The position numbers and the translations under genes are program-made. A stretch of 64,000 bases of DNA from contig QKAX01000152.1 of assembly GCA_003246255.1 (NCBI GenBank), forward strand, positions 19,099 to 83,098, in the 5' to 3' direction. Shown in pieces: positions 39,770-49,812 of this stretch (position 1 is its first letter; each line of letters starts with the position of its first letter). The stretch comes from Demequina lutea (GTDB taxonomy: Bacteria > Actinomycetota > Actinomycetes > Actinomycetales > Demequinaceae). The notes under the pieces were generated by a model. It was not told the DNA's origin, ran no database searches, and saw only the letters and a program-made list of their open reading frames with translations.

Positions 39770-40341
39770 GCGAGGCCGGCCGACTGCATCGCGCTCTGCA
39801 CGGACAGCAGGATTCCCTGCGACGTGTACGACGCGCCAGAGACGCCCGAGACGTTGTAGGTCTGCGCCTCAAGCACGCGAGAGATGATGGTCGGCTCGGA
39901 CCGTGACTTGATCTGCGTGGACTCGCGATCCGTGTCGCCGTCCTGGAGGATGTTCACGGCCGTGATCACGCCGTCGGAGACCGCCAGGGACACCTGGTAG
40001 TTGCCGTAGCGGGTCTGCACAGTCGCGCCCGTGTACGTGCCGGTCACGCCTGCGGGCGCGGCGGGGGCGGTCTCGGCGGGAGCCGCCTGCGTCGACGTGT
40101 CGGTGGTGGCGGTCTCGCTGGGCGTCGCCGTCTCGCTGGGCGTGGCCGACTCCGACGCGGTGGGCGACTCGCTCGCCGTCGGGCTGGGCGACGTGGTGGT
40201 GCTATCGGTGGTCGCGTCGGCGACGAGTGACAGGCCCGACGATTCAGCCGATGCGGCAGTAGCGATCAGTCCGGCGGCCCAGCCTGCACCGATCATCACG
40301 GTGCCGACGGTGCCAACCACCGCAGCCCTGCTCTTCCTCAT
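39766..40341 (-). CDS. exported FMN-binding domain protein with Ser/Thr/Pro-rich linker
   Basis: MRKSRAAVVGTVGTVMIGAGWAAGLIATAASA signal. Linker is SPTASESPTASESATPSETATPSETAT. NVSGVSGASYTS motif. The ATG at 40341 is preceded by GGAGGA. Confidence 0.82.
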   Translation of the reverse strand: MRKSRAAVVGTVGTVMIGAGWAAGLIATAASAESSGLSLVADATTDSTTTSPSPTASESPTASESATPSETATPSETATTDTSTQAAPAETAPAAPAGVTGTYTGATVQTRYGNYQVSLAVSDGVITAVNILQDGDTDRESTQIKSRSEPTIISRVLEAQTYNVSGVSGASYTSQGILLSVQSAMQSAGLA

Positions 40342-40431
40342 GATTCCTCCTGGATGCCCGATCCGGCCACTCACCGCGGCCGTCTATTACCCAGGTTCGT
40401 CACCGCACCTCACAAAACGCTGTGAGTGTCG

Positions 40432-41517
40432 TCACAGTGCGCGGTGACCTTTGAGGAATACCGCAGAGGGATGTGTGATGGCACCGATCTCCGCACGGGG
40501 ATCCGCGTCAAGCACCACCACATCTGCGGGGTCTCCCTCCGCCAGGACTGGCGCACCCAGGAAGCGGCGCGCCCTCCAGGTGGCCGCGGCGACCACGTCG
40601 GCGGCTGGCATGCAGCGAGCCATCTCGGCGGCCTCGCGCCCCAGGTCGCCGTGTGCGATCGACGTGCCTGCGTCGGTGCCCACCAGGAGCACCACGCCTG
40701 CGTCGTGCATCTGGCCTACCTGTTCGTAGCGGCGGTCGTACATGCGCTGCATCCGCGCGGCGAAGCGCGGGAACTTGTCGCGACCCTGAGCGGCAAACGA
40801 CGCGAAGTTGGCGATCTGCAGCAACGTGGGGATCACCGGGATCCCGGCGGCTGCCGCGCGTTCCATGTGCGCCTCGGACATGCCGGTGCCGTGCTCGATC
40901 GAGTCGAGGCCCGCGTCGAGCAGCGCATCAACGGACTCCGTGGCAAACGTGTGAGCAGTGACCCTGGCTCCCTCCGCGTGGGCGGCCGCCACGGCATCGG
41001 CGAGTTGCTGGGGCTCCCATAGCGGGGTGAGGTCCGCCTCGTCGCCCAGATCGCGGTCGATCCAGTCGGCGATGATCTTGACCCAGTCGCCCGATGCCCT
41101 CGCCTGGCGCGCCGCCTCGGCCGGAAGCTCGTGCGGCTCGACCTCCACGCCGTAGCCCTTGAGGTAGCGCTTTGGGCGCGCGATGAAGCGACCCGAGCTG
41201 CGCACATCGGGCACGTCGGTGCGGCCCTCAATGGCAACGAGGCTCGTCGCGGAGCCGGTGTCGCGCACCAGCAACACCCCGGCATCGCGCTCCACGTGCG
41301 CCTGCTTGAGCACCAGGTCCCCATCGACGGGACCGGTGGGGCCCACCGACAGGTGGCAGTGCATGTCCACAAAGCCGGGCAGCGCCCAGCCGGACACGCT
41401 CTCCACCTCGGTATAAGCGGGGCGCTCGTACGTGATGCGCTCGCCGAGCACCCAGGCCCTGGCGTGCTCGACGCCGTCGTCGGCGAGCACCGGGCCCGTG
41501 AGCTCGTACGCTGTCAT
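40432..41517 (-). CDS. amidohydrolase family metallo-hydrolase
   Basis: PGFVDMHCHL (HxH metal site), ...HTFATESV..., GTDAG... ATGA overlap with the ffh stop. Confidence 0.82.
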   Translation of the reverse strand: MTAYELTGPVLADDGVEHARAWVLGERITYERPAYTEVESVSGWALPGFVDMHCHLSVGPTGPVDGDLVLKQAHVERDAGVLLVRDTGSATSLVAIEGRTDVPDVRSSGRFIARPKRYLKGYGVEVEPHELPAEAARQARASGDWVKIIADWIDRDLGDEADLTPLWEPQQLADAVAAAHAEGARVTAHTFATESVDALLDAGLDSIEHGTGMSEAHMERAAAAGIPVIPTLLQIANFASFAAQGRDKFPRFAARMQRMYDRRYEQVGQMHDAGVVLLVGTDAGTSIAHGDLGREAAEMARCMPAADVVAAATWRARRFLGAPVLAEGDPADVVVLDADPRAEIGAITHPSAVFLKGHRAL

Positions 41518-43109
41518 CCGCGCAGGTATTTGTTGAGGCTCGGCAGGCTATTGGGGTCGAACTCCGGCTGCTGCGGCTGCGCTCCTAGCCCAAAGGCCGA
41601 GCCCGCCGGGGCCTGGGCCGGCCCGCGATCCTGCTGCGCTCGCTCCTGCTGAGCACGCTTCGCGGGATTGCCCGACTTGCCCTTGACCTTGCGCTGCGGC
41701 GCCTGCTTGCCCTTTGACTTCTTGCCGCCTGGCAGCCCACCGAACGCGCCAGGCCCGCTGCCCATGCCGGGCATCGCTGGCATGCCGCCACCGCCCGCCA
41801 TGGCCTTCATCATGCGCTGCGCGTCGTCGAACCGCTTGATGAGCGAGTTGACCTGTGCCACCGACGTGCCGGAGCCCGCCGCGATGCGCGAGCGGCGCGA
41901 GCCGTTCAGCACCTTGGGGTTGTCACGCTCCTGGGGCGTCATCGACTGGATGATCGCCTCGGTGCGCGTCAGCTCCTTCTCGTCGAGGTTGTCGATCTGC
42001 TCGCGCATCTGACCCATGCCGGGCAGCATCGTGAGCATCTTCTGCAGCGAGCCCATGTTCTTGAGCTGCTGCATCTGGCTCAGGAAGTCCGTGAGAGTGA
42101 AGTCCTCGCCCTTGGACATCTTGTCGGCCATGCGCTGCGCCTCGGCCTGGTCGAACGTGCGCTCGGCCTGCTCGATCAGCGTGAGGATGTCGCCCATGTC
42201 CAGGATGCGGCTGGCCATGCGCTCGGGGTGGAACACCTCGAGGTCGTCGATCTTCTCGCCCGTGGAGGCAAACATGATCGGCACGCCCGTGACCTCGCGC
42301 ACGGACAGCGCGGCGCCACCGCGCGCGTCGCCGTCGAGCTTCGACAGCACCACGCCCGTCATCGCGACGCCCGCCTGGAAGGCCTGCGCTGTGGACACGG
42401 CGTCCTGACCGATCATCGCGTCGATGACGAACAGCACCTCGTCCGGGTCGATCGCCTTACGAATGTCGCCGGCCTGGCGCATGAGCTCCTGGTCGACGCC
42501 CAGGCGGCCAGCCGTGTCGACGATCACCACGGAGTGCTGACGCTTCTCAGCCTCCTTGATGGCGTTCTTTGCCACCTTGACCGGGTTGCCCTTGGCCTTC
42601 TCGTCCTCGCGGGTGACGCCGCGCTCGGGGGCGAAGACGGGAACGCCCGCTCGCTCGCCGACCACCTCGAGCTGGGTCACCGCGTTGGGGCGCTGCAGGT
42701 CCGCCGCCACGAGCAGCGGGGTGTGCCCCTGCTGCTTCAAGTGGTGCGCGAGCTTGCCGGCGAATGTGGTCTTACCGGCACCCTGAAGACCCGCAAGCAT
42801 GATCACAGTGGGACCCGACTTGGCGAAGCTCAGCGACCGCGTCTGACCGCCGAGGATCTCGATGAGCTCCTCGTTGACGATCTTGACGACCTGCTGGCCG
42901 GGGTTCAGCGCCCCCGACACCTCGGCCCCTACCGCGCGCTCGCGGATGCGACCGATGAAGGTGGTGACAACTGGCAGCGCGACGTCGGCGTCGAGCAGGG
43001 CGCGCCGAATCTCGCCGAGGGTCTGGTCGATGTCCGCCTCGGACAGTCGGCCCTTGCCCCTCAGGGTACGGAACGTCGCTGTGAGGCGATCGGACAGGCT
43101 CGCGAACAC
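41514..43109 (-). CDS. ffh: signal recognition particle protein Ffh
   Basis: VFASLSDRLT..., GLQGAGKTT, DTAGR, M-domain with Met-rich segment. GTG start. Confidence 0.96.
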   Translation of the reverse strand: MFASLSDRLTATFRTLRGKGRLSEADIDQTLGEIRRALLDADVALPVVTTFIGRIRERAVGAEVSGALNPGQQVVKIVNEELIEILGGQTRSLSFAKSGPTVIMLAGLQGAGKTTFAGKLAHHLKQQGHTPLLVAADLQRPNAVTQLEVVGERAGVPVFAPERGVTREDEKAKGNPVKVAKNAIKEAEKRQHSVVIVDTAGRLGVDQELMRQAGDIRKAIDPDEVLFVIDAMIGQDAVSTAQAFQAGVAMTGVVLSKLDGDARGGAALSVREVTGVPIMFASTGEKIDDLEVFHPERMASRILDMGDILTLIEQAERTFDQAEAQRMADKMSKGEDFTLTDFLSQMQQLKNMGSLQKMLTMLPGMGQMREQIDNLDEKELTRTEAIIQSMTPQERDNPKVLNGSRRSRIAAGSGTSVAQVNSLIKRFDDAQRMMKAMAGGGGMPAMPGMGSGPGAFGGLPGGKKSKGKQAPQRKVKGKSGNPAKRAQQERAQQDRGPAQAPAGSAFGLGAQPQQPEFDPNSLPSLNKYLRG

Positions 43110-43137
43110 GGCACTCCCTTCACGTGTGCGGTGCCGA

Positions 43138-44910
43138 CTAGCCTACCTGGGGCCCACCCGCCGCGGAGCGCACGGTGGCCGACAGGGTGTCGACAAGCTG
43201 CTCGCGCCACGATGTCCACGCCTTGGGGCTTGCCGCCCTGGCATCGGCCTCGGTGAGCGCGCGCAACATCTCAAACAGGTCGAGCCTGCCGTCGAGCCGC
43301 GCCACCAGCTCGCGCGCCACCGTGGGGTCGTTCGGATCGCGGGCCGTGGCAAAGTCGGCGAGCGTGAGATGCTCACGCACCAGCGTCGCCATGTCGGCGA
43401 TGAAGGCGGGCTCGAGGCCCATCTGCGCGCCGAGGTCAGGAATCATCGCGGCACCCTCGATCGAGTGGTCGGCGACGCCCGCCTGTTTGCCGATGTCGTG
43501 GAACAGCGCCGTGTGCAGCAACAGGTCGAGGTCCTTCACTTGGCGCTTCATGCGACCGGCGATCACCACTGTCTCCACCATGTGACGATCCACCGTGTAC
43601 ACGTGGAAGGCGTTGCGCTGCGGGCGGTTGCGCACCGCCGCCCATTGCGGCAGCCACCTCACCACCTGTCTGTCCACGTCGAGCGCCTCCCACACGCCCA
43701 CCAGGTGGTTCGACGCGCGCAGGAGGTCGGCAAAGTGCTGGCGAGCCTCGGCCGGCCACGGGCGCGGAGGCTCGGGGCACGTCGTCAGTGTCTCCAGCAG
43801 GCTCGGCGTGAAGCCAAGTCCGCGCGTCGCGGCCGCGGCTGCTGCTCGCAGCGGCAGCGTCACGTCGCCGGAGGCGTCGTGACCCGGCGCGAGCGCGAGG
43901 TCGCCGTCCACATCGATGAGGCCTTCGGCTACCGGCACGTGGCGTGGGGCTGTACCACGCCGACGAGCGAGGAAGGCTCGGGATCCCACGCCAGACTTCT
44001 CGAGCGAGCGCCGCGCGCCGCGCTCAGTGGTGTCTACGGCGAACGCGATGGTGCGGCCCGCGTCGGCGATCGAGCTCAGCAGATCGTCGACGTCGTCGTA
44101 TTTCATGTGCTCGGCGACCTCGGCGGCGACGTGCCTGCCCACGATCTGCACAGCGCGCCCGGAGACGATCTGCAGTGCATCGCGCACGTCGAGCAAGTGA
44201 TTCGCGGCGTCGTCAACGGCTCCGTGCGGCTTGTCGGTGAGCCAGGTCGCCGCGAGCGCAGTGAGGCTCACGTAGTCTCGCAGTCCGCCGCGCGACTCCT
44301 TGAGGTTGGGCTCAATGAGGTAGGCGAGCTCGCCAAAGCGTTCAGACCGCGCGCGCGAGGCGGCCAGCAGTTCGGGCAGGCGGGTGCGAGCAGCGGATCG
44401 CCAATCGGCGAGAATCGCCGAGCGCGCCTGCTGAGCCAGCGAGTCGTCACCCGCAATGTGGCGCAGATCAAGAAGACCCGCAGCCGCAGCGAGGTCCTTC
44501 GACGCTACCTGGCGGCACTCGACGAGCGAACGTGTCGAATGGTCGAGCGGAAGCGACGCATCCCAGATGGGATACCAGAGCTTCTGGGCGGCGTCCGCGG
44601 CCAGCGCCTTGCCTGCCGACGTGCCGTCGTGCAGGAGCACCAGGTCGAGGTCCGAGTACGGACCTGCCTCCCCCCTGCCGACGCTGCCGACGGCGGCCAG
44701 GGTCAGGCCCTTGGCCGCGCCGACGACAGTCACAAAGTGCTCCGTGAGACGCGCGTAGACGAGCTCGGCCAGCGCGGCCCTCCGCTCGCGTCCCGGGTGG
44801 TCGGCGAGAGAGGCGGCTAGCTCCGCCCTCTCACGCTTGAGGTCCCGCACCCCAGCGGGATGCGGGACCTCAGCGTGCGAGTCGTCACGGACAGAGTCCG
44901 AGAGACCCAT
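43138..44910 (-). CDS. glnD: [protein-PII] uridylyl/adenylyl-transferase GlnD, short form (nucleotidyltransferase + HD domains only)
   Basis: GSVGRGEAGPYSDLDLVLLH NT motif, HTALFHDIGK HD motif. The ORF ends about 120 aa after the HD motif. Downstream of amt-glnK. Confidence 0.85.
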   Translation of the reverse strand: MGLSDSVRDDSHAEVPHPAGVRDLKRERAELAASLADHPGRERRAALAELVYARLTEHFVTVVGAAKGLTLAAVGSVGRGEAGPYSDLDLVLLHDGTSAGKALAADAAQKLWYPIWDASLPLDHSTRSLVECRQVASKDLAAAAGLLDLRHIAGDDSLAQQARSAILADWRSAARTRLPELLAASRARSERFGELAYLIEPNLKESRGGLRDYVSLTALAATWLTDKPHGAVDDAANHLLDVRDALQIVSGRAVQIVGRHVAAEVAEHMKYDDVDDLLSSIADAGRTIAFAVDTTERGARRSLEKSGVGSRAFLARRRGTAPRHVPVAEGLIDVDGDLALAPGHDASGDVTLPLRAAAAAATRGLGFTPSLLETLTTCPEPPRPWPAEARQHFADLLRASNHLVGVWEALDVDRQVVRWLPQWAAVRNRPQRNAFHVYTVDRHMVETVVIAGRMKRQVKDLDLLLHTALFHDIGKQAGVADHSIEGAAMIPDLGAQMGLEPAFIADMATLVREHLTLADFATARDPNDPTVARELVARLDGRLDLFEMLRALTEADARAASPKAWTSWREQLVDTLSATVRSAAGGPQVG

Positions 44911-44925
44911 CGTTACATGGGCTCC

Positions 44926-46547
<1,622 letters not shown>

Positions 46548-46606
46548 TGTTTTCTCTCCCTCCGCGGGCCGGGCGGCCAGCAGTACTGCCACCCTTTCGC
46601 AGGTTG

Positions 46607-46644
46607 GTTTCGCGCTGACCGCCGAAGTGTTTCCCTTCGGTTAC
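46607..46644 (-). promoter_or_regulatory. GlnR-type box (a-n6-b-n6-a-n6-b) upstream of amt-glnK-glnD
   Basis: In gene orientation: GTAAC-cgaagg-GAAAC-acttcg-GCGGT-cagcgc-GAAAC, compared with the actinomycete consensus gTnAc-n6-GaAAc-n6-GtnAC-n6-GAAAc. It ends 60 nt upstream of the amt ATG. The second a-site is degenerate. Confidence 0.45.
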
Positions 46645-46694
46645 GAAAACTGAGGCCAGGTAAAACTCGTGTTGCGCACGTGTGCCGCCACGCC

Positions 46695-47339
46695 CTACGA
46701 CACCTGCTCCACGCCGTCGAGCAGCCATTCGCCGCCCACATTGACGAAGTCGTACTGCCACACCTCGACGTACTCCTGACCGTCCGATGTGTACGTCTCG
46801 GTCGCAATGATGGTCGCGTCGGAGTTGACGATGTCGGTCGACGTGACTCGCGTCTCCCAGTCGTCGAGCTCCGCAAACCACGAGTAGTCGGACTCCGCGC
46901 AGTACTCCGATTCCGTGAGTCCGCCCGCAGTGGCATCCGAGAGCAGCGCATACTCGGCTCCGCAGTCGCCGGCTCGCCACGCGTCAACAAGCCCTGCGTA
47001 GGCGTCTCGCGGACCCGACGTCGCATTGAGGACCAGCGCGACCACCGCGGCAATGATCCCGCCGATGATCAACACGATCGCGCCGACGCCTAGCAGGATC
47101 CACAGCCACAGCTTTGACTTCTTCGCGGGGGGCTCCCCAGCACCCGGATACGCGATCTGCTGCGGCGAAGCCGGGTACGACGTCGTCTGCACGGGCACCG
47201 GCGGCGGCGCGGGCGCTACCGGCGCTGCCGGAACCGGCGCCTGCTGCGCGCCGTGCGCCGTGTGCTCGGTCCACTGCACCCCGTCCCAATAACGCGTGGT
47301 GCCGCTGCCGTCGTCGTACCAACCAGCCGGTGTGGTCAT
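46695..47339 (-). CDS. DUF2510-domain single-pass membrane protein, paralog A
   Basis: MTTPAGWYDDGSGTTRYWDGVQWTEH, Pro-rich linker, TM segment LWLWILLGVGAIVLIIGGIIAAVVALV, Cys-containing C-terminal domain. GGAGG SD before the ATG at 47339. Confidence 0.8.
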   Translation of the reverse strand: MTTPAGWYDDGSGTTRYWDGVQWTEHTAHGAQQAPVPAAPVAPAPPPVPVQTTSYPASPQQIAYPGAGEPPAKKSKLWLWILLGVGAIVLIIGGIIAAVVALVLNATSGPRDAYAGLVDAWRAGDCGAEYALLSDATAGGLTESEYCAESDYSWFAELDDWETRVTSTDIVNSDATIIATETYTSDGQEYVEVWQYDFVNVGGEWLLDGVEQVS

Positions 47340-47443
47340 CGTCCCCTCCTCGTCGATGCCAGACATCGTGGCGTCCACCGTCGCATCAGTCAATGACCCC
47401 GCGCGAGTGGCGCACCTGAACGCGCCGCGCGAGGTCCGCTGGG

Positions 47444-48136
47444 TCAGGTGGTCGCGTCGTAGTAAAACCAGCGCCCGTCGACCTGGCGAAACTCGTACGT
47501 CCACTGCTCGGTGTACGGATCGCCTTCCCACGTGTACGACTCGGTGGTGGTCACGTACGCCGTCGCACCGTCGACCTCAGAGTCCACCACCGTGTAGTCC
47601 CATCCCTCCATCTCGGCGAACCACTCGTAGTCGACTCCATCGCAGTACTCGGCAGTTGTCATTCCCTCGGTGATGTACGGGTGCATGAGCGCGTACTCTG
47701 CCGGGCAGTCCTCGGCTCGCCACGTCTGGACAAGTGCAGCGAGCTGGTCTTCCGGGGTCACCGTCGCGGCACGCGCCACCAGCACGATCGCCGCGATGGC
47801 TCCGCCTACCAGCACGAGCACGCCCACGAGACCCAGCGTGACCCACAGGCCAAGCCTCGACGTCTTGAGCGGCGCGCCAGGCGCCAGCGCGACGGGCGAC
47901 GTGGCGTAAACGGCAGCATGCTGGCCCCCGTAGACATCGACGCCAGGCTCCGCAAATCCCCCCGTGCCTGTGTGCTCCGACCCAAGGGCTGCCACCGCCG
48001 CGGCGGGCGCTTGTTCGCTCGCCGCGCTCACGGGTGGCTGCCCACCGGCCAGGGCGACGTGCTGCGTCCACCCCTGGCCGTCCCAGTAGCGCAGCTGGCC
48101 CGTTCCGTCGTCGTACCACCCAGCAGGCGTCATCAT
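47444..48136 (-). CDS. DUF2510-domain single-pass membrane protein, paralog B
   Basis: MMTPAGWYDDGTGQLRYWDGQGWTQH, a TM segment, and the same C-terminal domain (WRAEDCPAEYAL...EYCDGVDYEWFAE). GGAGG SD before the ATG at 48136. Confidence 0.8.
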   Translation of the reverse strand: MMTPAGWYDDGTGQLRYWDGQGWTQHVALAGGQPPVSAASEQAPAAAVAALGSEHTGTGGFAEPGVDVYGGQHAAVYATSPVALAPGAPLKTSRLGLWVTLGLVGVLVLVGGAIAAIVLVARAATVTPEDQLAALVQTWRAEDCPAEYALMHPYITEGMTTAEYCDGVDYEWFAEMEGWDYTVVDSEVDGATAYVTTTESYTWEGDPYTEQWTYEFRQVDGRWFYYDATT

Positions 48137-48212
48137 CGTGCCCCTCCTCTGTCGATGGCCACCATCGTGTCGGCACGCACGCGTGCGGTCAATTGCCGCC
48201 GCGCCATGCGGC

Positions 48213-49334
48213 TCAGTCTCCCAGCAGGCCGTCCACGAAGCCTTCGACATCGAAAGGCGCCAGGTCGTCGGCGCCCTCCCCCAGCCCCACAAACTTGACG
48301 GGCACGCCGAGCACCCGCTGCACGGCAAGCACGATGCCGCCCTTGGCAGTGCCATCCATCTTTGTCAGCACGATTCCGGTGAGCGGCACCGCCTCGCCAA
48401 AGACACGCGCCTGCGCGAGCCCGTTCTGTCCCGTGGTCGCATCGATCACGAGCAGGATCTCGCGGGGCTCGGCCACCTTGGACACCACACGGTGGATCTT
48501 TCCCAGCTGGTCCATGAGGCCCGCCTTGTTCTGCAGGCGGCCCGCGGTGTCGATGAGCACCACGTCGGCGCCTTCATCGCTGGCGCGCTGCGTCGCCTCG
48601 AAAGCGACGGAGGCCGGATCGGCCCCGTCCACGTCGGAGCGCACGGTCACCACTCCCACGCGGGAACCCCAGGTCTCGAGCTGATCGGCCGCGGCGGCGC
48701 GGAATGTGTCTGCGGCGCCCAGCACCACTGACTTGCCCTGCGCCACAAGAACGCGGGCGATTTTTCCCACCGAGGTGGTCTTGCCCACTCCATTGACGCC
48801 CACCACGAGCACGGGGCTCAGGTCGCCGCCGCTGCTGAGCGCGAGGAACCTGTCGAGCTCCGGATCGATCGCGGCCACGAGGGCGTCGCGCAGCGCCTCC
48901 TTGGGGCTCGCGTCGCCAGCGTCAACGCGGCCGCGCACCTGCGCGAGAATCTCCTCGGTGGTGGCGGCGCCCACGTCGGCGAGCAGCAGCGCCTCCTCCA
49001 GCTCGTCCCACGCCGACTGATCGAGGTCCCGACGGCTAAAGAGGGACGCGAGCCGCGAGCCGAGCGAGCCCCCCAAGCGCGCGCGTCGCGCGGCGAAGCG
49101 ATCAGCCGGAGCCTCCGGCATGTCGGCCTCGGAGAGCGGCGGCACCGCGGGTGCGCCGGGTGCTGGAGCCGCGGTGGGCGTGCTACGGACAAGGGGTGAC
49201 AACTCGGCGTTCTGCTTGCCCGTGGCGCGCCCACGCCCGCGCCACACGGCGAGCGTGCCAGCCCCGACCACGACGAGAGCGACGATGCCGACGACGAGAG
49301 CGTCAGCGCTACCTGGAATCCACGAAACGTCCAC
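48213..49334 (-). CDS. ftsY: signal recognition particle receptor FtsY (N-terminal TM anchor)
   Basis: VVGVNGVGKTT, DTAGR and TKMDGTAKGG motifs. GTG start. Confidence 0.94.
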   Translation of the reverse strand: MDVSWIPGSADALVVGIVALVVVGAGTLAVWRGRGRATGKQNAELSPLVRSTPTAAPAPGAPAVPPLSEADMPEAPADRFAARRARLGGSLGSRLASLFSRRDLDQSAWDELEEALLLADVGAATTEEILAQVRGRVDAGDASPKEALRDALVAAIDPELDRFLALSSGGDLSPVLVVGVNGVGKTTSVGKIARVLVAQGKSVVLGAADTFRAAAADQLETWGSRVGVVTVRSDVDGADPASVAFEATQRASDEGADVVLIDTAGRLQNKAGLMDQLGKIHRVVSKVAEPREILLVIDATTGQNGLAQARVFGEAVPLTGIVLTKMDGTAKGGIVLAVQRVLGVPVKFVGLGEGADDLAPFDVEGFVDGLLGD

Positions 49335-49393
49335 TGGCTAAGTGTGGCAAAAGCCAGCGACATTCGCGCCAGCCCGCGCGGGGCGGCGCGATG

Positions 49394-49654
49394 CTACGAG
49401 CGAGATGCCGAGCGCTCGAGGTGGATCAGCTCGCGGGCCTTCGCATCCTCGTCACTGAGCACGTCCACCATGTCCCAGTCGCCCTCGTCGCGCGGCACCG
49501 ATGTGAAGTTGTCGAGGCCCTCCTTGCGTGGGGCGAGGCCAAGCAGCACGCGAAGAAGGTGAAGACCGCGGCCCTCAGCAAAGAAGGCGAGCGCGAAGGC
49601 GATGAATGAGATCACCACTCCCCACGCGAGCACATCCATCATGGCGTGAAACAT
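49394..49654 (-). CDS. hypothetical small membrane protein (86 aa)
   Basis: MFHAMMDVLAWGVVISFIAFALAFFAEG TM segment followed by an acidic tail. GGGAGAGG SD before the ATG at 49654. No recognisable family. Confidence 0.5.
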   Translation of the reverse strand: MFHAMMDVLAWGVVISFIAFALAFFAEGRGLHLLRVLLGLAPRKEGLDNFTSVPRDEGDWDMVDVLSDEDAKARELIHLERSASRS

Positions 49655-49812
49655 CGAGACCTCTCCCAAAAGCGGACAATTCAGACAAAGTGTCTCGCCG
49701 TTGAGACTGCATGACAAGCGCTGTGCGAGCGCCCTCATTGCCGATTGTAGAACGCAGCCGTGCCCGGTTTCGTTCCTGATGCCCAGGTAGAGCGCCGCGT
49801 GGAGAGCCTGCG

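Noticed and set aside
40409-40426. CTCACA-n6-TGTGAG hairpin after the amidohydrolase stop as a terminator/promoter boundary for the FMN cluster
   Set aside because: It has a 6-bp stem and no T-run. That is too weak to call from sequence alone.
46622-46640. CCGAAG-n7-CTTCGG hairpin as the terminator of the DUF2510 gene
   Set aside because: It has only a 6-bp stem and no U-tract. The same bases fit the GlnR-box spacing better. It is kept only as an alternative note in that finding.
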